A stretch of DNA of 64,000 nucleotides, taken from a virus. Lineage: Duplodnaviria; Heunggongvirae; Uroviricota; Caudoviricetes. Both the position numbers and the translations under genes were made by a program. This document shows positions 44,755 through 57,000 of the stretch, in pieces (within the stretch, counting starts at the first letter, position 1; each line of letters begins with the position of its first letter). The DNA is taken from positions 64,001 to 128,000 of IMG/VR virus record IMGVR_UViG_3300022205_000001; one strand, given 5' to 3'. The notes beneath the pieces were generated by a model that was given only the letters and a program-made list of their open reading frames with translations, was not told where the DNA came from and made no database searches.

Positions 44755-46557
44755 CTAGAATTGAAAATCGGTGATGTATACATTAGACCCTGCGACATTG
44801 GAACGAATAAGAAGTACTTGATGTTCAAGTACTATGGGGGCATATAGCCGTACTCCATACCCTCCTGGCACTGATCCAATTCCATGTGTATTTGCTGTCG
44901 TGTACCCTTTCGTTGGGACAAAAGTGATGGGCATATCCGTACAGTCAAATCCCCCAATCGGAAGATGAAGACAGGAAGAATCAACATGACGCACTTCTAT
45001 TTTTGCGACCCCATCACGAGGCGGAATACATCGTGACATGTCCACGGCTTCTATTCGTCCGGTTTCTGTGGAACCGGCTCTCCATTCTGATGCAATAGAT
45101 GTGATAATATGACGATCTTTTTGAAGAAAATATTGAAGATTTCCCTCAGCATCCCGTCTCACATATCCAAGCAAACAGTACTTATCATATCCTCCAGGCA
45201 GAACAAGATCCGTAGCTGAAATATTTTCTATAAACACTTTGAACCATAAATCATCAGGTCCGCCGACTGACGGAGGAAGTCTCCACGAACTGGTATTGAC
45301 ATAATACTCCACAGCATACCCACTCCCATATGTATTCGCTGTTATTCCACGAATGGTAATATAGTTTGAATCACTATAGACATAATCTCCAGTGAGAACG
45401 ATATGGTATAGTGTTTGTGCGGTGACTGATACGGAATCGGGAAATATGAATCGGATTCGTGATTGATCGGTTGCAATTCTTCCCGCATCAAATGGGTAGG
45501 TGGTTGCTAGGGTTGACCCAGGAAATCCATTATCATCTGATCGGAGTTCCGCCCAAATAATTCCTGACGGTGAACCTGTTGCAAAAATTTCAAACTCCAC
45601 GGAATGAATCGGTCCACTATTGGCAGAGACAAAGGATTGCCCGATATAATCAAGTGGGGTCGTTGCTCGTCGGAGTTGGCGATTCTGATCTGACGTGGTG
45701 GTACAGTTTGCTTCTTGAGTAATATTGGTAGACTGGTGAAAAATAAGATTGTCCAAATCATTCACTTCATCCCGAATTGCATATAATTCATACCATTGAG
45801 AGTTTCGTGGGGTCCCGGTATCTAAGCCCCCGGCTCCTGATACCGTGATATCACAGACCATATTGCTCCACCCTCGTCCATGACTCCCATCATTAAAAAG
45901 AATATCATCACATCTGCGTAACCATACTTGGGTGTTTTGTTGATTCCGGTCCCGATGTGTTTGAAGCCACAATCCACTAAAATACTCTGCCCCTGTTGTT
46001 GATCCAATAGTTTTCCATCGCAATCCTGTTGAGTCAGAATAATCTACTGTCAATACTTGTCCTGCTGATCCTATAGGCAACCGTGTCGCAGTATTAGCAG
46101 AAATTCCTACGAGAAGGTCTCCTGCGGCATCAATAATATTTTGCAAATCACTTCCACTGGCAGGCACATTTGCGACCATGGTATCAAGATACTCTTTTGT
46201 CGCAATTTCACTATTTGAAGTGGGATTCCCGCCCATTGTGCCATATTCAATCGTGAGCGTATTACTAATCACATTTCCGATAGTTGCGGTGTTGATTGTT
46301 GCAACATTGACGTTTGCACTAATAGTGATCGTCAAATGACCTATCATAGCATTTGTCAATGTGATAGTGTTCACATTCATTTCAGGAACAACATACACCA
46401 CATTGTATTGGGTATTGGGGGTATAGTAAATGAGCGACCCACCAGCATTCACGGTATTCGCTACCTTGTCTACAAGCGTAGAGGTGGCGTCTTCCCCGTA
46501 GGATAGGGGAGGTGTTGGGGGAGGAGTTTGTGGTTCATTGACCCAGACAAATGGCAT
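44755..46557 (-). CDS. virion/tail appendage protein, paralog C
   Basis: MPFVWVNEPQ start; same shared modules; YIGQSF. Confidence 0.7.
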   Translation of the reverse strand: MPFVWVNEPQTPPPTPPLSYGEDATSTLVDKVANTVNAGGSLIYYTPNTQYNVVYVVPEMNVNTITLTNAMIGHLTITISANVNVATINTATIGNVISNTLTIEYGTMGGNPTSNSEIATKEYLDTMVANVPASGSDLQNIIDAAGDLLVGISANTATRLPIGSAGQVLTVDYSDSTGLRWKTIGSTTGAEYFSGLWLQTHRDRNQQNTQVWLRRCDDILFNDGSHGRGWSNMVCDITVSGAGGLDTGTPRNSQWYELYAIRDEVNDLDNLIFHQSTNITQEANCTTTSDQNRQLRRATTPLDYIGQSFVSANSGPIHSVEFEIFATGSPSGIIWAELRSDDNGFPGSTLATTYPFDAGRIATDQSRIRFIFPDSVSVTAQTLYHIVLTGDYVYSDSNYITIRGITANTYGSGYAVEYYVNTSSWRLPPSVGGPDDLWFKVFIENISATDLVLPGGYDKYCLLGYVRRDAEGNLQYFLQKDRHIITSIASEWRAGSTETGRIEAVDMSRCIPPRDGVAKIEVRHVDSSCLHLPIGGFDCTDMPITFVPTKGYTTANTHGIGSVPGGYGVRLYAPIVLEHQVLLIRSNVAGSNVYITDFQF

Positions 46558-46560
46558 AGG

Positions 46561-48459
46561 CTAAAACTCTATGGTTGCAGGCATTAGTTGAATTAACGTC
46601 GTGGCTAGAACCGCTGAAACAGCTTGTTCCTCAGCAAGTATCGGATTGGTAAAATAAAATCCCGTTCCTGGAGGATTGTTGGCGTAAATAACTCCATCAG
46701 TCTCTACTGTTCCGAGTGTGTCAGCCCCCGCCCCCTCATAGGTATTTGCCGTCAATGCTGGGGCATTTAATTCACCAAATATATTGAAGGGAGATCTTGC
46801 CCCCGTACATAGATAACTGATTTGCACGAGACAGGGAACTGGAGGTACCCCAATTCCTAGATGAAGGGTGAACATACGAGTTACAGGGATACTATATGGT
46901 TGGTCAAATCTCACATATCCGCTCCCTGACACATAATCAATAAATCTCCAATCCCAATGATGTAAGGTGATAATTTTCCGATTACGTTGGGTGTATTCGC
47001 GGAATGTTCCAAAGTGCCCGGTGGACACATAACTAATCAGACACTTTTGGGTATACCCCGTTGGCATCACCACTGGAGTGTTGTTGGCTTCAATGAATAC
47101 ACGAAAACCAACATCAATCATACTTATTGTTGGCCTCCAGCTATTGGTATTTGCACTAAAACTTCTTGCGTTTCCTCCAGTGTATGCCTCAGTTGCAGTC
47201 CCATAGATTACCGTATGATGGGCAGCATTGGCTCCATTCGCAATTGGATAATCGGAGTGATACACAAGGCAGTAGTTACCGTTTGCGGTGACGGTATAGG
47301 GATCACGGAAAACAAATCGTAATCGTCCAGGTGCGGTAGATCTTGGTAATTCTCTCGTCATCCTATAATTAGTTGCAGAAAGAATGACTCCATCCGCATT
47401 TCCTGTCCCATCCTGAGCCTGAAGTGTTAGCCAACAATTTCCGGTGGGATCACCAGAACGAGCAATGGCCATTTCCGCACTGGTTACTTTTCCGGTAATG
47501 GGGGCAACAAATTGCTGTGCGACAAATAATGTGGTATCATCACCAAGAAATGCACGTCTTACTACTTCTGGTGTTGTTGAAGGAACTGAGTCAGTAATGT
47601 ATACCCATGGGCGACGATCTAGTGCTTGATGAAATAATAGCCCTCGGCTTTTGGTAGTCGGATTCCGAATGGCATAGACTTCATACCAGGTATTCGCAGT
47701 AACCGTTCCGGTATCGAGCCCATTGACGCCATTGACGAGAATATCAGCCGTAGTGAGGTCCCAATTTCGTGTGACCTTGCCATCATCCATTACAATTTCA
47801 TCGGCTTGGTGTAATTGTACTCGTGTGTTGCAGAGAGGGTAATCGGTATGCGTCCTGACAAATATATTTTTGAATGAGGATTTGTCTCCCGTCCCTCCCA
47901 CAGACGACCATCGAACTTTTGTGTTGGGGGTTGGAGACATCACTAATATTTGTCCGTCGGTTCCTACGGCTACACGATTTGCCGTATTATCGGATACCCC
48001 CAGTATCAAGTCCCCTGCGGCTTGAATGAGGAGTTGGAGGTTACCTCCTTCGGGAGTAGAATTTGCAATCAACGCATCCACATACCCCTTCGTGACCATG
48101 TGCAGATTCGCCGTACTATTCCCGGTCATATACAGCATCACAGTATTGAGAGAGTTTATGGATGCATTTCCGATTGCTGCGGTATTGATAGTGAGAGAAT
48201 TGGCGGTCACAAGATTGGCAGTAATATTTCCTCCCGTCAAATGATCGGTGTGAAGATTACTGACATTCAGAGGAGTATACCGATAGAGTACATCATACCC
48301 TACATTCAGGGTATTGTAGGAGAGAACCCCCATTGGAGGGGGATGGACTTCAACCGTATTCGCTACGAGTCCAACTTGGTTTGAGACCGTGTTGGACCCG
48401 TAGAAGAGAGGATCTACTTGAGGTGGTGTTTGTGGTTCATTGACCCAGACAAATGGCAT
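46561..48459 (-). CDS. virion/tail appendage protein, paralog B
   Basis: MPFVWVNEPQ start; same shared modules; VAQQF. Confidence 0.7.
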   Translation of the reverse strand: MPFVWVNEPQTPPQVDPLFYGSNTVSNQVGLVANTVEVHPPPMGVLSYNTLNVGYDVLYRYTPLNVSNLHTDHLTGGNITANLVTANSLTINTAAIGNASINSLNTVMLYMTGNSTANLHMVTKGYVDALIANSTPEGGNLQLLIQAAGDLILGVSDNTANRVAVGTDGQILVMSPTPNTKVRWSSVGGTGDKSSFKNIFVRTHTDYPLCNTRVQLHQADEIVMDDGKVTRNWDLTTADILVNGVNGLDTGTVTANTWYEVYAIRNPTTKSRGLLFHQALDRRPWVYITDSVPSTTPEVVRRAFLGDDTTLFVAQQFVAPITGKVTSAEMAIARSGDPTGNCWLTLQAQDGTGNADGVILSATNYRMTRELPRSTAPGRLRFVFRDPYTVTANGNYCLVYHSDYPIANGANAAHHTVIYGTATEAYTGGNARSFSANTNSWRPTISMIDVGFRVFIEANNTPVVMPTGYTQKCLISYVSTGHFGTFREYTQRNRKIITLHHWDWRFIDYVSGSGYVRFDQPYSIPVTRMFTLHLGIGVPPVPCLVQISYLCTGARSPFNIFGELNAPALTANTYEGAGADTLGTVETDGVIYANNPPGTGFYFTNPILAEEQAVSAVLATTLIQLMPATIEF

Positions 48460-48480
48460 AATGACATATTTAGAGTCACA

Positions 48481-50820
48481 TTAGAAACTAATCGCTATCG
48501 GATACAGTTTAAGGTTTTGTGCCGGTACTTTTACGACAACCGCTTGGTGTTCCACGAAAAGTGGGGCAATTGGAGTTGTAGTTGTGCCTCCACTGGTTGA
48601 GGCTTGAATACCTCCCCCAAGGTTTTCACTAAAAGTGGTGGTAAGATCCAGAGCATGAAATCGTCCAATAGCCATTTGCTGGATTGCCGTTGATCCTTCA
48701 ATGAAGACCACACTGCAAGTAATGGGAGGAACGAAGGAATTCAATTCAACAATATCAATCCAACTTGGGGTTGTTCCATAGATAGAATGCATGGCCCCCC
48801 ATTTTTGAGAAATAGAGGCATGGATGGTTCGCTCAAATTGACTACTCTCTTTCAATTTGGATACATCATCAGTAAACACATACCCCAACAAGCATTTTTG
48901 ATCGTATCCAGTCGGCATAGTCACCGTGACGTTGTTCGCTTCCATCTGTGTGCGATAAAAGAATGTATTCAGAGCGAGGGTTTGACCTGGTTGTGTGGTT
49001 CCCTGAATATTCACCCACGAAGCACCAGTATTTCCATATGGCACACCACGGTTGACGCCGTTTGCTCCAATATTCGTGTTTGCGCCAGAGTAAGCAACGT
49101 TAATAAATGCAGTGGTACTTCCCGCGTAATCTGAATTGAAAATCCAGAAGTATGACGTTCCTGCGGTAAGAGAAGTAGTATTGTCAAAGACGAACCGAAC
49201 GTTTGCCCCCGTTGATGGACAACGAGATACATCCATTTTTCTACTGGTTACTAAAGTCGTTCCGGCTGGAACTTCTGCGGTATTTGCTTCAAGTGTTACC
49301 CACATATTTCCTGTTGGGGTTCCTGTCTTCATTAGCTTGAGATCAATGCTTGCAATGTTTCCTGTGACATTCGGGGTGAAACTCTGAGCAAGTTTGATAT
49401 ACAAGTTAGATGTATTGTTCGCTCCCAATGAATTTAATGCCGTAGTTGCGCTTGCCATAGGCCAGAACGTATTCACAAAGGTATTCTGATCTGGTTTACG
49501 ATCTAGGGCACGATGGAGAATGAACCCTTGTATTCCCGTTGACCGTTGACGAATAGCATAGACTTCATACACGGTGTTGGCATTCGCAGACCCACCATCT
49601 AATCCATTCACTCCAGAGGCAGTGATATCAATTGTTGAGGGAACTGTCCAGTTAGACACTATTTCTCCATCATCCATCGTAACTTCATCTAGACGATAGA
49701 CGATGAGTTGTGTACCATTTGCTGATTTATCTGCAAGAGAGGTGGTCATAGTAAAACCACGGAATCTTCCCGCTGCACGATTTGCCCAACGTAACCCTGT
49801 GGTTTGATTGGTATCAACGATCAACGTCTGTCCGTTAGATCCTGTTGACAGCACCCCAAAAGTATTTGCCCCAGTACCAGGAATCAAGTCACCTTTTGCG
49901 GCATAGGTGATCTTATTGACAAGATTCCCACCCGCCCCAGTATCCGCATAATTCTTGGTTGCAATACCCAAATTGGTTGTTGGATTTGCTGCCATGGTTC
50001 CTGTCGTCAAGTTTGCCGATGATGCATTCAACGTGGCTGCGGTCAAATTAGAAATATTAGCCGTGGAAGTATTCAAGGTAATAATATTCGCTAATACTGC
50101 ATTAGCAAATGGGGTGTGCAATACCGATCCGACATTAAGAGTCGTGACATTGGACAACGAAAGATTCATCGCTCCAACATTGAACGAGGTGACATTGGCA
50201 TGGGACACATTGAGGGTTCCTACTGTCGCTCCAGTAATATTCGCAGTAGATGAATTCAATAATGTCACATTGGCATTTGTTACGGTAGTAAGAGTTGCCG
50301 TCAAGCTAGTTGCTTGGAATGTTCCAGTCACCGTTGCGTCAGTGATATTTGCAAATGAGGTATTCAATACTGGAACTGTGAGACTGGTTACTGATAAGGT
50401 TGTGATAGCCAGAGTTCCAATATTAGCAGACTGAGCATTCAATGAGTACACATTTGCTCGATCATCCACTTGGATGAAATTGACATTCGCATTTGTCGTG
50501 GTTACTCGTGTCGCAGAAATATTACCGATGGTAGCTCCACCGATGTTGGCGACGGTAAGGTTAGCGACTGACGCATTAGCCGTGGCTATCGTGATATTGG
50601 ATACATTACCCGTTGAGAGGTTCAACGTTCCAACATTCGCCGTGGTAATCAACGCCGTGTTCCCGACATTGATCCCTACATCAGGATTGGAGAATGTCCA
50701 ATTCGCATTGGAGACAACCGCCGGTCCATCCGTAAAATTATTGGCAACCGCAACAAGACCGGAAACGGTAGTTACTAATTGTCCGAATGTATTAGCCAAA
50801 GAAATCTGTTCTATTGCCAT
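48481..50820 (-). CDS. virion/tail appendage protein, paralog A (fibritin-like N-terminal anchor)
   Basis: MAIEQISLANTFGQLVT start, long N/T/A-rich repeat shaft, then the shared modules (LAQSFTP, MPTGYDQKCLLGY). Confidence 0.7.
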   Translation of the reverse strand: MAIEQISLANTFGQLVTTVSGLVAVANNFTDGPAVVSNANWTFSNPDVGINVGNTALITTANVGTLNLSTGNVSNITIATANASVANLTVANIGGATIGNISATRVTTTNANVNFIQVDDRANVYSLNAQSANIGTLAITTLSVTSLTVPVLNTSFANITDATVTGTFQATSLTATLTTVTNANVTLLNSSTANITGATVGTLNVSHANVTSFNVGAMNLSLSNVTTLNVGSVLHTPFANAVLANIITLNTSTANISNLTAATLNASSANLTTGTMAANPTTNLGIATKNYADTGAGGNLVNKITYAAKGDLIPGTGANTFGVLSTGSNGQTLIVDTNQTTGLRWANRAAGRFRGFTMTTSLADKSANGTQLIVYRLDEVTMDDGEIVSNWTVPSTIDITASGVNGLDGGSANANTVYEVYAIRQRSTGIQGFILHRALDRKPDQNTFVNTFWPMASATTALNSLGANNTSNLYIKLAQSFTPNVTGNIASIDLKLMKTGTPTGNMWVTLEANTAEVPAGTTLVTSRKMDVSRCPSTGANVRFVFDNTTSLTAGTSYFWIFNSDYAGSTTAFINVAYSGANTNIGANGVNRGVPYGNTGASWVNIQGTTQPGQTLALNTFFYRTQMEANNVTVTMPTGYDQKCLLGYVFTDDVSKLKESSQFERTIHASISQKWGAMHSIYGTTPSWIDIVELNSFVPPITCSVVFIEGSTAIQQMAIGRFHALDLTTTFSENLGGGIQASTSGGTTTTPIAPLFVEHQAVVVKVPAQNLKLYPIAISF

Positions 50821-51059
50821 TAGTGTTTACCTTTAAGAGACGTAATCTCACCGATAAGTTTCTTGAGTGATTCAATTTCACTTTCTAAAAAAGTGAGACG
50901 TGATTTTGTTTCTTGTGCTTCACGTTTAGCCTGGATAGTCCTACGCCGACCTTCTTTGTATTTTCGCAGTCCATCGGTATCCGTACTGAGGACTGCGTTG
51001 GTTCCCATATCACGCACTAAATCGGTATTTTTGATCTGAACTGTATTTATAGCACCCAT
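50820..51059 (-). CDS. small conserved protein after the large virion gene
   Basis: QIKNTDLVRDMGTNAVLS followed by a coiled coil. Confidence 0.7.
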   Translation of the reverse strand: MGAINTVQIKNTDLVRDMGTNAVLSTDTDGLRKYKEGRRRTIQAKREAQETKSRLTFLESEIESLKKLIGEITSLKGKH

Positions 51060-51069
51060 TGGGTACCTC

Positions 51070-54000
51070 TTATGATAGGGACGGGATTGCGACAACCCGG
51101 AAGTCCCTAATTCGCGGTACGCGAGTTGTATCCGTGGTTGTCATGACGATCTTGATTGCAAAGTACTTGAACGAGGTGAACGATCCGTACTGCACCCGAT
51201 CATCGGCCACATTGTCTGATCCAGGAGCATACACATATTCTTTGATATCTTCCTGGTTCAAGGAGACGTTGTTCTGCCCCTTCACGATTGTCATAAGCTG
51301 ATAACCCTTGTTATCAAACGTATCAGAGTCATCGGCTGACAAGATCTTGTAGTATACGTAGATGTTTGCAACGGATGGCTTGTATGCCCCGAAGTATACG
51401 CGGAAGTCTCCGGCATCCATTCCATCGGCTAACGTCACCATACGAGTGATGTATCGCGCTTCTGCCGGTCCCCCTGCTGGCTGATCTTCTCCCATCACCA
51501 CGATGTTTGCGGAAAGCGCAGTGTTTCCACTCAAGGTGATCGTTGGAGTTGTTGTATATCCTGATCCCTCAACATCCACAACAACGTTTGCGAGAATGCT
51601 ATTGTTGCTGTCGATCTGAGTGTTTGCAATGTAGGCATTTGCTCCACTTCCACCCCCACCACTAATGGTCAGTGTCAAGTTGGCAGCGGTTGCCCAGTTG
51701 GTGCTTGAGCTAATAACAACGGCGGAAGAGTTATCCAATCCCAAGTTGTTACACAAGTTCTCAATTGCCAATACAGAAAGACGATCCATGTCTACAATCG
51801 GAGATACGTCACGACTTTCGGAAGACAAGAAAATACGCAACTTGAATGACGATACATCGCTTGTAGCCACACGGCGACCCAACGTATCATCGAAGTAGAC
51901 GTTTTCCTGCAACGGAATTGATCTGTTTTCCTGTTTGACTCCTGTGGCCAACGTTGTAGCAGCTTCCGAGTCAATTGATGTGTTCGGTAGCAACAAGTTT
52001 CCAGCAGTCACATAGTAACAATCCAGTGGCACGTTTGCGCTGATTGGATTTGCTGACGACAACTGGAATTCCAAGTTAGCTTCAACAGTCGAATCAAAGG
52101 TTGCCTTGATCAAACGGAATGTCAAGTCTTCTTCCTGGATCGGGTTCCAGGTTGTCGAGTTCTGTGATTTGAAGAAGACTCCCAAGTATGGCTGTGACGA
52201 AATCAATCGGTCAGTTCCGAGGATCTTGTCTCCCATACGAGAGATATAGACTTCATACTTGACCGAATTGGCCATGAGGACGATGCAATATTCTGCCCCC
52301 TGCTGCAAGTATACTGGACCACTGAAACGAACTTCAGTATAGATTGTTGCGTCATCGAGTGGGTTGTTTCCTGCGGCATAGACGGCAGCCAATTCATCCT
52401 CAGAGACCACGTTGCAGTCTTCTGCATTGATTACGATGTCTGATCCAGGGATAACCTGTGAAGAGTGTGGGAATCCATTCACAACAGGTCGCAATTGCAA
52501 TCCCATTGGAATGTTCGGGTCCACGCTCTTGATCAACAAACGCACCCCGGTCAACATGATACCTGATGGATATTTTTCCTGGTCCACCAAGAAGGTTTGT
52601 GCGAGTGGGTCCCAGTATCCAATCAAACGCTTTCCAACCACCGTATCAGTGACCTTTGTGGTATGGACTGTACGAGTGTCTTCCAACAAGGTGCGCTGAA
52701 TGGTTGGGACACGGGTTGAAATCAACGTGTTTTCTTGTGTCTGCATCATTCCCTGAGCCACATACTTCACGGTTCCGTTTGTACCTGAACCCTCCACACT
52801 TCCATTGAGAGAATCCACAAGTGTGAATGGACGTTCACCTGTACGGAAACTTAACGTATTGCTAGATGGGATGATGAATACGCCGACAGTTTCTCCACGA
52901 TGATCGGTGCGGAATGCACCGATAGAGTATGTCGTTGCAGTATTCGGGGTCGTTGTGAGTGCTGGGCTAAATGTCACATTGCGAGTGACATAATCGAATG
53001 CCGTGATTGTGGATTCTTGACCCAATCCAGCACCAGAGGTGAAGTAGATCTTCTCACCAACGAGGTTCGTATTTGCAATCCCGTTGTTAGCGTTTGCCAT
53101 GTCATGCTGAAGAATGATGCTGCTCAAATTCGGGGCAGTCACGAATCCAGAGAAGTGGTAGTATCCAGAGATACGTGAGTTGGCTCCGCTAGTTTCTCCG
53201 ATTAAGAATGTGGAGTTGGTTGAGTGAACAATGTAGGAGTTGGCCACATTGTCATCATCTCCACCTTGGACTGACACAACTGTTACGTTGCTGTATCCAT
53301 TTTCGTTACGGCTCAATACAACTTGAGCGAAGGCAGTGTTTGCGCCACGAGCCGGGTCGTATACACGAACCGTTTCAGAATCCTGATAATCGTCCTTATA
53401 ACGGACTGTTGGGTTGTTGACTTTGATCACGTTTGGACGGTTGCAGTATGTGGTCACTGCTGTTTCATCGAAGAATGCATAGAGTTGTGTATTCGGGGCG
53501 AACATCTTTCCAAGGAACAGGACGCCGCGTGAACGAATCGTTGGGATAATTGATACGTCAACGACACGGTTTCCGATGGACTGAGTGATCGTCTGAGGAA
53601 CGAATTGAGTTCTTACACCAGTACGCACCTGCTTCTGTGTCACTTCGTCAACTGAACGTTTGACAACGTTTCCGTAGACATTGACGCGGTGCCCCAAGTG
53701 TCCGAGATATCCTCTCCAGCCCGGATTAATGATCTGGTCACTCTTGTGAGTTACACCAGTCCATGTGGTCTGCCATGAATTCCAGACTGTTCCAAATCCA
53801 CTGTTCGGGTTCGATTCAACAGCTTTCGTGATAGCATCCCATGCGTCATTGTCCCCTTCCATGTTTACATGGACATCAGGCAACTGGTTCGTGTCAATCC
53901 AGGTATCGGAAGATGGGTCCAACTTGATGTTTCCAATGAACGATACCGTGTTGAATGGGTTGACATTCACTGCGGCGGATGCAATAGATTGATCCAAGAA

Positions 54001-57000
54001 TGTAGATTCAGTGAACGGTAGAGAGACAAATGCTCCTACACGATCATAGTTCTCTGATCCCGATGGATTGAATTCCAATGCAAGAGATTCAGTTCTGAAT
54101 GGAGGACGTAATTCCTGGTTTTCCTGATCGATTGAGCACTTATAGTCAGTGTTCAATACGTCACCCACACCGTGACCAGTGAATGCATCTACGAGGATAC
54201 CGTTCTTGAAGCGGTTGGCACCAGTATCGTCAGTGATTTCCTGGTTCTTGGCCGCTTGTTCCAAAAGGGTCAAAGAGGTGTAGTATTCAAGTGTGCTGAT
54301 ACGCTGTTCCAATGTTCCGATATCGCGCATCGTGTAGCGGCGGTTATCAGTGTACTTCTGGCGGATATCACGTAACGATGCTGTGTACGGAGGCAATACC
54401 AACGTATACAAGGTCATCGCATTGTCTTTATCCGAAGGAGCAATAGGATTCAATGATGGAAGACCGCGGAGTACTTCAAATACTCGATCACGAGTCAAGA
54501 CAATCTTGTCAACACGAGCCAAGTAGTAGGAGAAGTCTGTTTCAAATGCTTGTCCTGGAATACCAAGGATACATTCGTCATAGATCCCCAAGAAATCTCC
54601 ATCCTGGCGACGAGGACGAAAATCAATACAGTCACGCAACTGATATTCAAATCCTGTGGTCGGTGATGTGTAGGATGGGATATTGGCATAGGTGATGTTG
54701 GCGGACTGGTACGAGTCCACTGTCAAATACCCTTGACCAGAGTGTGCGAGATAGTCTACGTAGACCACCACGTTTCCGGTTGGTCCCGCAACCCCAGGCT
54801 TCAAACGGATAGATGCATGATCGTAGACGTTATCCCTTTGTCCATTATCTAATACGTAGCTGCTGGTCATATCGGCAGCGATTGACACGTTTCCATCGGT
54901 GATGGCATTTCGCCCCGTATCATAGACCTTACGTAAACGAAGAACGTCAGACGTGAAGATGGACTGAGACTTAGATGGATCTTTGAGATTCAACCAGGCT
55001 GCTGAGTTAGCGTAGAATGTGATCTGTGCACCGTTTGCTCCCGATGCCTGAGAGTACCACTGCACCAATCCGTTGTTCGCATCTGGAATCTGGATACCAC
55101 CACTGTTCAATCCACTTGCTACGTTTGCGACTCGTTGGGTCTTGCTACGAATCAAATTGCCGAGCGAGTGTGAGTATGGAAGCTTGACTTTTGCGTAGAC
55201 ATCCGCAGACGAAGCACTGAACATATTGGGAACAGTGATCTGCCATGTCGATGTGTTACTTGTCGTGGTAACGGATACTGAGTTTCCATCTGGATTACCG
55301 GACGAAAAGTTAATGACCTGGTTGTTGGCAATTGGAGATCCAGTGTTGTTACGAACAACGACAAGAAGATTATCCATTGCGTCAGACCCAGACAACGGAG
55401 CACCGTTGACCGCAGAGGTAATACCTGCTGCGCTTGTGATTGTTGCTACGTTCTGAGTGAACTGTACACCAGTGTAGGCTTTGAATCCATAGTATTCACT
55501 ATTCGTAAGAGGAGTTCCGCCAACCACATCTTGTGGTGCAATGAAGGCATACGGAAGTTCCAATATTGCTCGGTTGAATCCTGTATCAGAGAGATAGGCT
55601 CCACGGTATGCGTCTTCCGCCAATGAATACTTGCTGCTAGTTGCAACATCCATCTTTGTCGAAAAGACGTGCTGGTTTGTGGTCGTGTTTGCATAGACGA
55701 TAGATTCTGCATCCTTGAATTCGTAGTCAAGGCGGAATCGAGTCATGGTACCAGGGATACCGAATGAGAATTCATCTCCTGCTTCCAACGTAGCTTTGTT
55801 GTTCGGTCCATCATAGGAACCGATAACGTGTGTTTCTGAAAGAGAGGAGCCAGCGTTTGTGGTGATAGTAAGTTTGACACCAACATACGCATTAGACACA
55901 ACGGAGAAGTTCGGTGCCAAGTATATGGTATTTGCTGTTCCTGTTGCAGAACAGTTGCAGACTAAACTTTCTCCAATGTTCGCATCGATGGTATAGGCTC
56001 TCCAAACACCAGTCGAAATGGAGGTTGCATTTGCGCCAGTTTGATAATCCAATGCACGAATCTTGACAGTTCCAATGACGGTATTCGTAGCTGCGGCCGC
56101 ATTGGATACATTGATATCAGCGTGAGCCACACAATGGATTGTACCAACCTGGAGGGTCTTAAATGGGATTGGACCTGCCATGTTCGTGACTTCAAGCCAA
56201 TTCTGATAATCGATAGTCGTATTGTAGTTCGTGACGTTTGCGACATCGCGGGCTCGTTCTGCCTTAATGTAATATGGAGCGAGCGTTTCAAATTCATATC
56301 CCTGGACATAGGCTTTTCCAGGCTCAACAACGATGTTGAATGCGTTAGCATACGTCTCGTGAGGTTCTGTAGCAATCTTGAATGGACGAACCGTGAATGA
56401 TCCAGATTGGTCATTCGTGCGACGAGCAAGAGTATCTTCCAAGACTGAATAGGTTGGATAGACAATCTTCTTTGTCAGGTTACCATCTTCAACCCGAAGC
56501 AATTCAATGAATTTGGCATCATCATCAGACGTGAGTGAACGTTTTGTAAGCGTGAGGGAGATCTTATAGCGATCTGCTCCAGGTGCCTGATAATTCGTAG
56601 CCCCCAATGCAGGGTCAAGGAGGGTTGTGTCGTCAATAGCGGTAACGATGGATTCTTCCTTTTCCAATCCGATACGATAGGAAGGAGTGGTTCTGTATGC
56701 ATCGAGGATTACCGTTTGTGGGGAAACTTGAACGAAGTATCCATCAACAAAGAAAACTCCAGTGTCAATACTGCAAATAGAGGAGTTCCCAACAATCGTG
56801 TTACTGGTGACCCCAGTGAGCCCAGACAAACTACCAAGGATACTGACAGATGCCGTATTATCATCGGTAGAGATTGGGTTGACAGCAGCAATATTGAAGG
56901 TCTGTCCCGATGTGTACTTAATAACCAGGGTGACTGGTGTGGTCAACGTAGCTTCTTGGGCGGCGATAACATAAGCGCGGACACCTTCTCCATCACCGTC

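Noticed and set aside
36274-50820. Diversity-generating retroelement acting on tail genes
   Set aside because: No reverse transcriptase in the window, and no template/variable repeat pair with adenine-specific mismatches was seen.
42812-50820. Terminal Phe as an outer-membrane beta-signal
   Set aside because: The proteins lack signal peptides and lie among virion genes; a conserved last strand explains it.
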